DNA of 64,000 nt from Candidatus Poribacteria bacterium (GCA_965242965.1 OZ251518.1:384001-448000), one strand, 5' to 3'; positions 18,278 through 28,712 are shown, counted from the stretch's first letter. The notes: generated from the letters alone by a model not told the origin. Numbers and translations: made by a program.

Positions 18278-18450
18278 GAGGGTGTTTCATAAATCGCCAT
18301 GCGTTTTGGTGTCAGACCGCATTCCCCTGTAGTTCAGGATCGCCTGATCCTGATCCGTTCGAGATCGGGCGATCTCGAACTACAGAGGTGGGCCCAATGC
18401 CTTTTTCTATCGGTTTTCGCCCATCCCCCAAGGGGGAATAAATACCGAAA
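18278..18450. repeat. Truncated element with left TIR only
   Basis: GAGGGTGTTTCATAA at 18278, one hairpin doublet, stops inside the ATAAATACCGAAA subterminal sequence. Confidence 0.75.
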
Positions 18451-18481
18451 AGTCCATTGTAAAAAAAGGAGAACACTATTT

Positions 18482-19006
18482 GTGATTTACTCACGTTCAA
18501 CCCATAAATTTCATTCCGTTTGGCTAGTCCTCCTCTGCATGGGACTCGCCGTTTTCATGCTCAGCTGCGGTGACGAAGGCGATCTGGTTGAGGACGAACC
18601 GAGCGGTATGACAGATATCGTCCAACCTGTTGCAACACCACCGCCGCCGCCAACACCTGAGCCGCCTGTCCAACCAGTTGTTGAGGAGCCGGTCGTTGAG
18701 GAGCCGGTTGTTGTGGAACCGAAGGTTTCGTTTGAGGCGGACATATCACCGATTCTTGAGGCGCGCTGTGCAATTCCGGGGTGCCACGCCGCCGCAGGTG
18801 CTGCAGCAAGGCTAAACCTCAGTCAATACGACACCTTTAAAAATGGCGGCAATAACGGTCCCGCCTTTGTTGCCGGTGATGGTGATGGCAGCCTCGTCGT
18901 CAAGCGCATTGATGGCGGCGGCATGCCTCCCATCCCACCGCCTCTCAATGACGAGGAGATTCAACTCTTCATTGATTGGATTGATGAAGGTGCCGAGGAC
19001 AATTAG
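18482..19006 (+). CDS. Lipoprotein with planctomycete-type cytochrome c domain
   Basis: Lipobox LSC, Pro/Glu linker, VSFEADISPILEARCAIPGCH...MPP...WIDEGA; GTG start with AGGAG RBS. Confidence 0.75.
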   Translation: MIYSRSTHKFHSVWLVLLCMGLAVFMLSCGDEGDLVEDEPSGMTDIVQPVATPPPPPTPEPPVQPVVEEPVVEEPVVVEPKVSFEADISPILEARCAIPGCHAAAGAAARLNLSQYDTFKNGGNNGPAFVAGDGDGSLVVKRIDGGGMPPIPPPLNDEEIQLFIDWIDEGAEDN

Positions 19007-19048
19007 CCATATCCTAGCATTTTTCCGCTTTTGTGTCAAGGGCGGCAG

Positions 19049-19075
19049 AAAAAACGCCCCGCGGGGCGTTTTTTT
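19049..19075. terminator. Bidirectional intrinsic terminator
   Basis: Palindrome AAAAAACGCCCCGCGGGGCGTTTTTTT. Confidence 0.7.
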
Positions 19076-19078
19076 AAT

Positions 19079-19508
19079 CAGGGTGTTTCATAATTCCGTT
19101 TCGGTATTTATCCCACCGTGGAGGGCAGGCGAATATCGCAAGGCATCGGGCCCACCTCTGTAGTTCGAGATCGGGCGATCTCGAACGGGTCAAGATCAGG
19201 CGATCTTGACCTACAGGGGTGAGGCAGTCTGACACCAACACGCATGGCGAGGGACAGGCCCTCGCCCTACGATGACGTGCCGTTTTTTCGCCGTAGCGCG
19301 GGGGCCTGTCCCCCGCGATCGTTGGATTGCGCATGCGCGGACGATGGCGAGGGAAACCCGCTCGGATGCGCGTGTGGCATCCGAGGGCCCTCGCGCTACG
19401 ATGAGGGGGGGCTTTCTGCCGCCGCTGCCCCGATAGGCGCGCCGCCCTACCGCATCGAGACCGGGAGGTCTCTCCTACCCGGAGGGCATCGATTTATGAA
19501 ACACCCTC
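19079..19508. mobile_element. TIR-bounded REP-mosaic element, copy 3 (430 bp)
   Basis: CAGGGTGTTTCATAA / TTATGAAACACCCTC; no clear target duplication. Confidence 0.85.
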
Positions 19509-19525
19509 AAAAAAATTGCATTTTA

Positions 19526-19553
19526 TGCAACCTTTCCCTCTTCAATTCGCGTC
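19526..19553 (+). promoter_or_regulatory. Candidate ECF-sigma promoter (autoregulatory)
   Basis: TGCAACC-17 nt-CGTC; the same motif and flanks recur at 22593-22620. Confidence 0.6.
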
Positions 19554-19592
19554 ACTATATAATGAGGCAAACTTTTTTTGGAGGAACCAGCA

Positions 19593-22493
19593 ATGAAAAA
19601 CGTAGATGCTGAACTCATTGAAGCCTTTTTAGATGGCGACGAAGGTGCTTTCACCAAGTTGGTGAGGAAGCATGAAAAGGCTGTCCATGCGCTTGCGTGG
19701 CGGAAGGTAGGCGATTTTCAGGCCGCTGAGGAGATTACGCAAGATGCGTTCGTTAAGGTGTATCACAAGTTGTCCACGCTCAAAAACCGGAACCAGTTCG
19801 CGGGCTGGCTATATGTGATTACAGACCGGCTCTGTATCGAGTGGCATCGCAAGAAACGCGTTCCGATGGGGTCCTTGGAGGCGATGGCACCCGGTGAGCT
19901 TGAGGAGCACTATTACTCCGGGCATCTGGCGGCGGAACGGGAAGCGGCGGTTGCCGAGCGTAAGCGCGAGGCAGTCAAGCAAATTCTCCGGAGACTCCCG
20001 GAGAGTGAACGCACGGTTGTCTCGTTGCACTATCTCGGCGAGAAGACTTGCGAGGAAATCGGCGAGTCCCTCGGCGTGTCAACGAACACCGTCAAGAGTC
20101 GGCTGCATCGCGCGCGGAAGCGATTGAAAGCCGAGGCAGAGTCGCTCCGCGAGATGTTGGGCGATGTCCCCCTTCCAGCGATGTTCACGGGTAATATCCT
20201 ACGTGCTGTTGCGCGTGCAACACCGCCTGCGCCGAGCGGCGGTAACCCGTTAGTGCCGTGGGCGGTGTCGCTTTCAACGGCGGTATTGCTTTTCTTGCTG
20301 GCCGGTTTGGGTGCGCAGCACCTGCTCCGTTTCCAGCAACCGTATAGTTTTGTGGCAGACTCGGCAATGACGGTGGAGATTGTGGATGCGCCGGTGAGTC
20401 TTCCGCAGCAGGCGAAGCCGGCGTTGCGGACGCGGTTCGGCAACACGGCTGAGTCGGGTAAGCACCGCGGTGCTGGTTCGCGGACGGATGCGTTACTTGT
20501 AACCGCTGCTGCGGATGATGCACAGGTCTTGGATGCCGCACAGCGGTGGCATCAAACTAATGGGCCTTCAGGCGGCGCGGTCACGTCCCTTTTTGTCACC
20601 TCTGAAAATGAACTCTATGCCGTTGGAGAGGGGAGCCTTTTCAAGTTGGCTGCCGATAGAGAGACTTGGACTTTCGTCACCGGCGATTTGCCTGTTGACA
20701 ATTTCGGTTCGCCGATGGCAGAGCGGGGTGACACGCTCTATATTGCCTGCGAATCAGAATTGTTTGCGTCAACCGATGGCGGTGAAACGTGGGATTCTGT
20801 CGCGCCATGTCCGCCGGGCAATCGCGCGCTTGCCTTGCTCATTACCGACGATGCGTTTTATCTCGCGCTTGAGGCAGAGGGGATGTTTCGTTCCACCGAT
20901 GAAGGTAAAACGTGGCACCCGTTTAATGCGGGGTTAGCGCAGCCGTTGGCAGTGCGTCATCCGTCGACAGCCAACGCGATTTTGTCAGCCGCTGTTCTTG
21001 GAAACACAGTGTTTGCCGGAACAAGCCAAGGGCTCTATCGCCTTCATTCCAATAGAGAAGTGTGGGAGAAAATGCCGGTTGCAGGCAACCGCAAGATCTC
21101 TTCCATCGCTGTTGTTGAAAACCGCGTCTATTTCTGCGCCGATAAACAGCATGACGAACGTTCGTCGATGCTCTTCGTTTCAATCGACTACGGGGATTCG
21201 TGGGCAGAAATTACGCCTGAACTCCGGCAGAGGATGACACCGCTCACCGTCGGAGGTGTCAAATTAGTAGGCGCAGGGAAAACGGTCTTGGGACTCGGTG
21301 CCGGTGTGATACGTTCTACCGATAATGGCAACACGTGGGCCTATCTCGGTTTCCACCGGGATGCGTTTACCCTCCCGATGTTCCCCGCTGTGGCGTTGGA
21401 CGAAAAGACGTTCTTCTTAACGGGGCCGATGGGAGTCAGGCGTTCAACCGACGGCGGCCACACATGGCATGAATTGATGAATGGCATTGTGCAGACCCGA
21501 GTTTTGGATTTGGCACGGGTTAATAACGTTCTCTACGCCGCAACCTACGGAGGTATCTTCCAATCTGCGGACAGCGGTGAACGGTGGACAGAAGTGACTA
21601 TCGTTGGGTTACCGCCGCATTTTGAGGGCCGTTTAGGACATCCGAAAATTATAGTAGCGAACGGCACGCTTTACGTTAAAGCCTACCACTTGACCGAATG
21701 CTTTCTATTAGAGTTAGTTTCGGATGGGAATGTGTTGGTGCCGGTTGAAGGCATTCCACCGTTTGGAGAAGAGTATGGCGAGTGGTTAAGGAAAAATGCG
21801 GAGATTTTCTCCAAGACGAGCCTTGGTGAAGAAGCGGTGAACGAACTCGTGGGACAGAACCGGCGGGCATTTCAGAAACATGCGCGAGCCGGCGCATTCG
21901 CTGTCAGTGGGGAGACATTCTACTTTGGAGACGAACAGCGGCGGCTCTTCCGATGGAGGTTTGGCGGCAGTGAATGGCACGACACAGGCCTGGAAAATGC
22001 CCGCAGTCTTTCTCCCGACACTGACGATGGTTTCCGGTTAGCCGCTTCCAATGACGTTGTCTATGTTGGAAAAGGTGATGGACACCTCTTCCAATCGCGG
22101 GATAGCGGTGACACGTGGCAGGACATCACCGCGAACCTCCCCGCGTTCGGCAGTATTCAGGAGATAATGTTCGCGGGTTCAGCCGTATGCGTCGCCACAG
22201 ATACGGGAGTCGTCACGTCAAGCGATGGCGAAAATTGGTATCCTATCACCGATGCATCGGAAGTCCCGATTGTGATGCGCGAGTTGGCGATAGACGGCTC
22301 TCGTGTTTACGGTGCAGCTGGTGAGGCTGTCTATCGGCTAAAACACGAGACCTTGACGTGGGTGCAGATTGCATCAGAGCTGCCGGAGGGAGTGACTTCT
22401 CTCGTTGCTGATGGGGATGTGTTGTATATAGGCACAGAGGGACGCGGCGTGCTTCGGTTGCAGGTTAACCGCGACGAGGAGATAGACAAGTAG
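19593..22493 (+). CDS. ECF RNA polymerase sigma factor fused to a TM helix and a BNR/YCF48-like beta-propeller
   Basis: Sigma regions 2/4 (AEEITQDAF, FAGWLY, TVKSRLHRARKRL), hydrophobic segment near aa 220-245, repeated STDGGxTW Asp-boxes. Confidence 0.85.
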   Translation: MKNVDAELIEAFLDGDEGAFTKLVRKHEKAVHALAWRKVGDFQAAEEITQDAFVKVYHKLSTLKNRNQFAGWLYVITDRLCIEWHRKKRVPMGSLEAMAPGELEEHYYSGHLAAEREAAVAERKREAVKQILRRLPESERTVVSLHYLGEKTCEEIGESLGVSTNTVKSRLHRARKRLKAEAESLREMLGDVPLPAMFTGNILRAVARATPPAPSGGNPLVPWAVSLSTAVLLFLLAGLGAQHLLRFQQPYSFVADSAMTVEIVDAPVSLPQQAKPALRTRFGNTAESGKHRGAGSRTDALLVTAAADDAQVLDAAQRWHQTNGPSGGAVTSLFVTSENELYAVGEGSLFKLAADRETWTFVTGDLPVDNFGSPMAERGDTLYIACESELFASTDGGETWDSVAPCPPGNRALALLITDDAFYLALEAEGMFRSTDEGKTWHPFNAGLAQPLAVRHPSTANAILSAAVLGNTVFAGTSQGLYRLHSNREVWEKMPVAGNRKISSIAVVENRVYFCADKQHDERSSMLFVSIDYGDSWAEITPELRQRMTPLTVGGVKLVGAGKTVLGLGAGVIRSTDNGNTWAYLGFHRDAFTLPMFPAVALDEKTFFLTGPMGVRRSTDGGHTWHELMNGIVQTRVLDLARVNNVLYAATYGGIFQSADSGERWTEVTIVGLPPHFEGRLGHPKIIVANGTLYVKAYHLTECFLLELVSDGNVLVPVEGIPPFGEEYGEWLRKNAEIFSKTSLGEEAVNELVGQNRRAFQKHARAGAFAVSGETFYFGDEQRRLFRWRFGGSEWHDTGLENARSLSPDTDDGFRLAASNDVVYVGKGDGHLFQSRDSGDTWQDITANLPAFGSIQEIMFAGSAVCVATDTGVVTSSDGENWYPITDASEVPIVMRELAIDGSRVYGAAGEAVYRLKHETLTWVQIASELPEGVTSLVADGDVLYIGTEGRGVLRLQVNRDEEIDK

Positions 22494-22592
22494 TTCTCCG
22501 CGTATATTGGGAGGAGTTGTGCACTTGTTTATACTGCGATTTTGATCTAATCCGGTCGATTGTGACTGAATTTTTCAAAAAATCGCATTTTA

Positions 22593-22620
22593 TGCAACCT
22601 CTACTCCCTGAATACGCGTC
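22593..22620 (+). promoter_or_regulatory. Candidate ECF-sigma promoter of the downstream lipoprotein
   Basis: TGCAACC-17 nt-CGTC within GCATTTTATGCAACCT...CGCGTCA.TATA. Confidence 0.6.
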
Positions 22621-22697
22621 ATTATATAGTGACAGCTGAGAAGTGCTCAGCATGTTCGGATATGGAAAAACCAAATGCGAAAATAAGGAATCCCCCA

Positions 22698-23486
22698 ATG
22701 AAACTATTTCAGATATTAACTGTGTGGACGCTCGTTTGCCTCTTGTTTAACTCGGGATGTCTGGACCGGCCCAATGACATAGTTGATATAACAACTGAGG
22801 CAGCCGACTCGGCGGTTGAGACGGCGGAATCCGAAGATGCCGCAACTCCGCCAACGGCCGAGCAAACATTTGCCAAACTGCAAACCGCGTTTCCAACCGT
22901 TTTCGATGCCGAGTTCAAAACGCTCAGGAAAATCGTCAATTCAAAAACCTATCTCGATTTTCTACGGCGGGAGAACTCAATTGATAAAACGGTTCAGGAT
23001 TTTGATGAACTGTTAGAAGTCGTTCCTCCACCGACGGAGCGTTACTTGCCGTTTTTGGAGGAACATTTTAAGAACCCCGGTGACATAGACGTAGTCGGCA
23101 TGCATCGCATGACGATATACACGCGCAACATGTTAGCGCGGCTGTGCGAAAACCCGCAGAACATATTTCTTATCATGAACGATCTTGCGCAGGCCTCTGG
23201 GAACGATGAGCATATTGACAAATGGATGTCCTTCCGCTTTGGAAATCAGGCTCCTGATGTCATTGAGCTCTTCAGCGCGACCGTGGCTGATTTCGTCAAG
23301 AAAGTTGAAAGCGAAGATCAGGCACGTATCCAGGAGCACTTTGAACAATATGGTAGGAATGCGGGGCTGTTATGGCTTGCACTCCGCGAACCTGTTTTAA
23401 TCGGCCACATCTTGAACGATTTTCCGAATACGGACATTTTCCTGCGTTGGGTTGATGGAAAATGTAATCAACTTGATGTGCACTAA
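22698..23486 (+). CDS. Hypothetical lipoprotein
   Basis: MKLFQILTVWTLVCLLFNSGC signal peptide with lipobox-like end; AAGGA RBS. Confidence 0.65.
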   Translation: MKLFQILTVWTLVCLLFNSGCLDRPNDIVDITTEAADSAVETAESEDAATPPTAEQTFAKLQTAFPTVFDAEFKTLRKIVNSKTYLDFLRRENSIDKTVQDFDELLEVVPPPTERYLPFLEEHFKNPGDIDVVGMHRMTIYTRNMLARLCENPQNIFLIMNDLAQASGNDEHIDKWMSFRFGNQAPDVIELFSATVADFVKKVESEDQARIQEHFEQYGRNAGLLWLALREPVLIGHILNDFPNTDIFLRWVDGKCNQLDVH

Positions 23487-23489
23487 CCT

Positions 23490-24109
23490 GAGGGTGTTTC
23501 ATAACTCCGTTTCGGTATTTATCCCTCTTGGGGAGCAGGCGACTCCCGCGCCTTCTTGGTAGGAGAGACCTCCCGGTCTCGATGCAATAGGGCGGCGCGC
23601 CTACCGGAGCCGCGGCGGCAGAAGGTCCCCCTTCATCGTAGGGCGAGGGCCTGTCCCTCGCCATCGCTCGCGCAACCCAACGATCGCGGGGGACAGGCCC
23701 CCGCGCTACGGTATCCGGAACGGCTCCATTTACCGTAGGGCGAGGGCCTGTCCCTCGCCATGCTGCGATCGCGGAGAAACCCGCTCGCCTGCGCATATGG
23801 AAATTTCCGAGGGCCCCCGCGCGACAGAGCCTGAAACGCTCGCGGGGGACAGGCCCCCGCGCTACGGTAGCCGGAACGGCTCCATTTACCGTAGGACGAG
23901 GGCCCTCGCATGCCACACGCGCATGCGAGAGGGTTTCCCTCGCCATGCGTTTGGCTGTCAAACCTCATCACCTCTGTAGGTCAGGATCGCCTGATCCTGA
24001 CCCGTTCGGGTGCAGGCGCACCCGAACTACAGAGGTGGGCCCGATGTTTTCCGAATCGTTCGAGGTCTCACGAAATCATTTTGACAACAACGACTTATGA
24101 AACACCCTC
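23490..24109. mobile_element. TIR-bounded REP-mosaic element, copy 4 (620 bp)
   Basis: Perfect GAGGGTGTTTCATAA / TTATGAAACACCCTC. Confidence 0.85.
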
Positions 24110-24152
24110 GTTTAATTATAATTCGCACGGTAACTATCACCGCTCGTTTTTC

Positions 24153-24187
24153 GCCGCTATTGTGTTTTCACAATAGCGGCTTTTTTT
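24153..24187 (+). terminator. Intrinsic terminator
   Basis: GCCGCTATTGTG-TTTT-CACAATAGCGGC followed by T7. Confidence 0.75.
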
Positions 24188-24326
24188 GTTTGACAAAAAA
24201 GTGCATTTTTGCTAAATTGAAAAGAGGATGATTCCGCTGGATAATGACGCTAGCAGAATCCCTTTTCTGGCGCGGGTTACCTCAACTCGCGCACGACTTA
24301 AACGACTAACCTAAAGGAGAAATACA

Positions 24327-25163
24327 ATGATGAAACGAACCTACCTGATGACGCTCATCGCGTTGTTTTCGATGATTTTTCTCAGCTACGCGAGCGCGCA
24401 AGTTATCTTTTTCGCTGACTTTGAAGCCGATTCTTCCGAGGCTATCCCGGATGCCAGCGTCAATGACCCGGGCAGTTACGAACCGGAGAACCCCGGCATG
24501 GCATGGGAGGCAGCGTCTGATTTCCCCGAAGGCGGAGAGGGCGCGCTCCACCAGACCGTGGAAGGCTGCGGCAACTCCGGCAACACGCCGTTACCCGGCG
24601 TTGAGGATTTCACCGACGGTATCATTCAGGGTGTTTTCTCGTGGCAAGATGACGATGGCGTTGGATTCCAATTCCGCCGCGTCGGCGAAGACCAGGGCTA
24701 TCTCGTCGCTTTCGGCTATAACGAGACACCGCAGATTGTCATCGGCAGCCTCGCCGATGGATGCTGCCCCTCCGGGCAATGTCTCGACCAGTGCAGCTGC
24801 GAAAACGGCGGCAATGAGCTCCTCGGCGTAGACCACGGTTTAGGCCCAGAGCTCTCGCAAGACAATTCTGTCGCCTACTTTGGGCGGGTTGAAGTGACTG
24901 GCACGCTCATCCAGGTCTGGTATATGCCGCTTGCGGATGTGCCGGATCTGTTTGTCGATTCCGGTGAACTCGGCGATCCGGTCGCGGAGTTCGATGGGGC
25001 AGACCACGGCGGACCCGGCAGTGTCGGCATTTGGCACGAGAGTTGGGGCAACGGCCGCGTCGGCAGTTTGCTTGTCACCGGTCCGGATGGCTTCTCCACG
25101 ACAGATGTCGATCCGCGCGCCAAACTCTCCACGACATGGGGCGATGTGAAAAACAGTTATTAA
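24327..25163 (+). CDS. Secreted Cys-rich beta-sandwich-like protein with KLxTTWG tail (paralog A)
   Basis: Signal peptide (ASA-Q), DGCCPSGQCLDQCSCENGG, C-terminus KLSTTWGDVK. Confidence 0.75.
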   Translation: MMKRTYLMTLIALFSMIFLSYASAQVIFFADFEADSSEAIPDASVNDPGSYEPENPGMAWEAASDFPEGGEGALHQTVEGCGNSGNTPLPGVEDFTDGIIQGVFSWQDDDGVGFQFRRVGEDQGYLVAFGYNETPQIVIGSLADGCCPSGQCLDQCSCENGGNELLGVDHGLGPELSQDNSVAYFGRVEVTGTLIQVWYMPLADVPDLFVDSGELGDPVAEFDGADHGGPGSVGIWHESWGNGRVGSLLVTGPDGFSTTDVDPRAKLSTTWGDVKNSY

Positions 25164-25336
25164 GACGTGGACAGACGTAAATCTATCGTTTCCGGTAGGC
25201 GCGGTTTGAAATCGCGCCTACTGGTGACGTTCTGCGTCCGTCCTGAAAGTTCAGGCTGCGCGCTTTGCAAGTGCTTCTGAGCCTGAGCACGGCACGTTTT
25301 CGTGCCATCCTTCCTGACATACAAAGGAGCGATTTC

Positions 25337-26164
25337 ATGAAGACGCAACTCATCTTTTCGATTCTGATTTTAGTGCTATTTGTTTCTTTTCACGCCGGTG
25401 CCCAGGTCGCCTTCTATGCGGATTTTGAGCCCGGCTCAAACGAGGCGAAACCGAACGCCGCTGTGAACGACATCAAGCGGTATAAACCGGAGAACGCGGG
25501 AACCATCTGGGGCGAAGCAGATTTCAAAGGCGGTAAACTCGGCGGGAAAACTGCGATGGCGCAAACCGCCGAGGGCTGCGGTATCTCTGGCAATACGCCG
25601 CTTCCCGGCGTTACAGACTTCTCCGATGGCATCATCCAAGTGATTTTCTCCTTCGGCGATGACGATAGTTTCGGTGTGCAATTCCGCAGAAAGGGCGATG
25701 ATAAAGGGTATCTCGTCGTTTTCGGCTATAACGAAACGTCGCAAGTCATTTTCGCCGACCTCGCCGATGGATGTTGTCCCTCCGGGCAATGTCTCGACCA
25801 GTGCGGCTGCGAGAACGGCGGCAAGGAATTGGAAGGTGTTCCCCACGGGTTAGGCGGTGGGTTGGACCAGACGAATGCCGTCCCCTACTTGGGCCGCGTG
25901 GAGGTAAAGGGCAACAACGTCAAAGTCTGGTATATGAAACTTGAGGAAGTCAAGGACCTCCATGCTTCTTCCGAAGACCTCGGGGCTCCTATCCTTGAGT
26001 CGGACAAGGCGACGAACAAGTCGGCTGGGAGTGTCGGTATCTGGCACGAAAGTTGGGGCATGGGACGCGTGGATAGCATCCTCGTCACAACCGCCAGCGG
26101 CTTTGATGTTCATGTCAAAGACAAATTGACGACGACGTGGGGCGATGTGAAGAGCGGGTATTAG
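25337..26164 (+). CDS. Secreted Cys-rich protein with KLxTTWG tail (paralog B)
   Basis: Clear paralog of 24327-25163; AAGGAG RBS before ATG 25337. Confidence 0.75.
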   Translation: MKTQLIFSILILVLFVSFHAGAQVAFYADFEPGSNEAKPNAAVNDIKRYKPENAGTIWGEADFKGGKLGGKTAMAQTAEGCGISGNTPLPGVTDFSDGIIQVIFSFGDDDSFGVQFRRKGDDKGYLVVFGYNETSQVIFADLADGCCPSGQCLDQCGCENGGKELEGVPHGLGGGLDQTNAVPYLGRVEVKGNNVKVWYMKLEEVKDLHASSEDLGAPILESDKATNKSAGSVGIWHESWGMGRVDSILVTTASGFDVHVKDKLTTTWGDVKSGY

Positions 26165-26179
26165 GCCGTGCCTATGCTC

Positions 26180-26690
26180 GGCGCGCGAGGGATAGGCCCT
26201 CGCGCGCGCCCCAGTTTGGCGAGGGAAACCCTCTCGGATGCGCGTATGGCATCCGAGGGCCCAAGCCCTACGAACCAGGAAACGGTTTTTGTCCCGTTCG
26301 TAGGTTGGCGAGGGGAACCCTCTCGCCTGCGCGTATGGCATGCGAGGGCCCTCGCCCTCCGGTGCGATGGAGCGTTTTTTTCACCGTAGCGCGGGGGCCT
26401 GTCCCCCGCGATCGCAGCATGGCAAGGGGAACCAGCTCGGATGCGCGTATGGCATCCGAGGGCCCCCGCCCTCCGGTGAGAAGGAGCATTTTTATCGTAG
26501 CGCGGGGGCCTGTCCCCCGCGATCGCAGCATGGCGAGGGACAGGCCCTCGCCCTACGGTGCAAGAGATGGTTATTTTGTTGCATTCGTAGGCTGGCGAGG
26601 GACAGGCCCTCGCCCTACGGTATATTGGCTTGGCGAGGGAAACCCGCTCGGATGCGCGTATGGCATGCGAGGGCCCTCGCCCTACGATTC
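26180..26690. repeat. REP mosaic without TIRs
   Basis: Repeated GGCGAGGG...CCCTCGCCCTAC modules and nested CTCGGATGC...GCATCCGAG variants. Confidence 0.8.
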
Positions 26691-26730
26691 AGGAGACGGT
26701 TTTCAGAAGACGGTTTTTAGGAGGCCCACC

Positions 26731-28002
26731 ATGAAAGTTACAAACGTTGAACGTATTCTCGTAGATGTCCCCTTCACCCCGCGCCAACAGCAAATTACCA
26801 CGCAAAGCGTTTCCACTGTCTACAACTGGTCCCTCCTTGAATTGTGCAAGGTGACGACAGATAGCGGGCATGTAGGTTGGGGTGAGACGGTTATCCACTA
26901 TACTTATCGCCGTGTGAGCGATGAGAGCGTGGCGCGCGTGCTTGGAGAAAGTCCCGCCGCCCTCATGAACGATGATTCCCTCGGTGCCGGCTTGCAGATG
27001 GCACTTTTCGATGTGGTAGGTAAGATTTTAGAGGTGCCGGTGTATCAACTGCTCGGCATGCAGTGTCGCGAGGCTGTGCCTATTTCGTGGTGGAGCATTG
27101 ATGCTTCGCCTGAGAGCTGGGCGGCGGAAGCGGCAGATGCCGTTGCGCACGGCTACACCAGCTTTAAGAATAAACCGCGCCCGTGGTGGGATATTATTGC
27201 GCAGGTGGAGGCAGTCGCGGCGGTTGTGCCGGACAATTTCAAGTTGGATCTGGATCCGAACGCTTCCTTGCGCGATGCCGATACAGCCATCCCGATTTTG
27301 CAGAAATTGGCGGCCTATCCAAACGTGGCGATGTTTGAGACACCGATTCCACAGAGTGATGTAGCGGGAAATAAGCAGATTCGGCAGGCTGTTGACAGGC
27401 CGATTGCGATGCACTTTGGTTCGCCGCCCTATACCACTTGCGTTCGTGAGGATGTGTGCAGTGGTTTCGTCATCGGCGGTGGGAAATCGCAGGTAATGCG
27501 CGAGGGGCAACTCAGTGCAGCAGCGGACATGCCGTTCTGGCTCCAGATCGTCGGTAACGGCTTGACGACGACGTGGGCAGGGCATTTGGGGAGTGTGCTG
27601 ACGCATGCCACCTGGCCGGCGATTACCTGCATCAATCTTTATAGTGAGCACCTCATTACGCAACCGGTTCAGGTTTCGGAAGGCGTTCACAAGATTCCCG
27701 ATGCGCCGGGGTTAGGCGTTGAGGTGGACGAAGACGCTGTTGAACGCTTCCGCGTCCCCGCCGAAAAGTTGGATGCTGAGGGTTACACGATTCATCCCGT
27801 GCCGGAGATAATCAAAACCGCTGTTTATCCTGATGGCAGTTGTATCCATATGGCGGGTGATGGGTTGGGTTATTTCAACGCTGGCAACGGCGAGGCGCAG
27901 GTAGAAGGCGCGCGTTTGGCGTTGACATTCAACGACGGTTCTGATGCGTGGGCAAAATTGTTTGCGCAGGCGGGCGAGGCACCGGTGCATGGGGAGTGGT
28001 AA
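26731..28002 (+). CDS. Mandelate racemase/muconate lactonizing enzyme family protein
   Basis: GWGE, MALFDVVGK, KNK, LDPN, FETP motifs; AGGAGG RBS. Confidence 0.85.
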   Translation: MKVTNVERILVDVPFTPRQQQITTQSVSTVYNWSLLELCKVTTDSGHVGWGETVIHYTYRRVSDESVARVLGESPAALMNDDSLGAGLQMALFDVVGKILEVPVYQLLGMQCREAVPISWWSIDASPESWAAEAADAVAHGYTSFKNKPRPWWDIIAQVEAVAAVVPDNFKLDLDPNASLRDADTAIPILQKLAAYPNVAMFETPIPQSDVAGNKQIRQAVDRPIAMHFGSPPYTTCVREDVCSGFVIGGGKSQVMREGQLSAAADMPFWLQIVGNGLTTTWAGHLGSVLTHATWPAITCINLYSEHLITQPVQVSEGVHKIPDAPGLGVEVDEDAVERFRVPAEKLDAEGYTIHPVPEIIKTAVYPDGSCIHMAGDGLGYFNAGNGEAQVEGARLALTFNDGSDAWAKLFAQAGEAPVHGEW

Positions 28003-28039
28003 TGCCGCGAAGCGCGTCTCTTTCGTCAAGGAAGTCAAT

Positions 28040-28712
28040 CCAAACGCCGTTTTTTTTATCCTAGCGTGATGGCCTGTCCCCCGCGAGCGTTGGAGCGCGC
28101 GGACGATGGCGAGGGACAGGCCCTCGCCCTACGATGAAGGGGCGTTTTTTTCCGTAGCGCGGGGGCCCTCGGATGCCAGACGCGCATCCGAGCGGGTTTC
28201 CCCCGCGATGGCTCAAGCACCGTTTTTTTTTCGTAGCGCGGGGGCCTGTCCCCCGCGATCGTCCATCGTCAAGTTATGTTTTTAGGTCCTACGGACTGAA
28301 GAGAACAAGAAACGTTTTTTTTCATTCTGTAGTTTGTGATCGCCTGATCACAAACGGTTCAGGAGCAGGTGCTCCTGAACTACAGGGCCTGGCGCGCGAA
28401 GGATGGCGAGGGACAGGCCCTCGCCCTACGGTAAGGCACGCCGTTTTTTCGCGTAGCGCGGGGGCCTGTCCCCCGCGATCGTTGGAGCGCGCGGACGATG
28501 GCGAGGGGAACCCGGCAGGCGTTGGGCCCACCTCTGTAGTTCGGGAGCACCCGCTCCCGAACGGGTCAAGATCAGGCGATCTTGACCTACAGGGGTGAGG
28601 CAGTCTGACACCAACACGCATGGCGAGGGACAGGCCCTCGCCCTACGGTGAAAGCGGCAATCAAGCCTGGCGAGGGAAACCCGTGCCGTTGGATGATTTA
28701 TGAAACACCCTC
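28040..28712. repeat. REP mosaic with right TIR only
   Basis: TTATGAAACACCCTC at 28698-28712; many hairpin modules. Confidence 0.8.

Noticed and set aside
23296-23971. ORFs rich in MARDRPSPY, VARGPVPR, RSGSGDPDLQ, MRVFH or MKHP (also near 7935, 13723, 16673, 19074, 28173, 39461, 44155, 47065)
   Set aside because: They are translations of the repeat modules and TIRs in various frames, with no protein-family signal.
26137-26730. Long N-terminal extensions in the ORF track (also 18299, 42394, 45904, 49813, 52565, 10390)
   Set aside because: The extensions run through repeats or promoter DNA; downstream starts with an RBS and family-typical N-termini were used instead.
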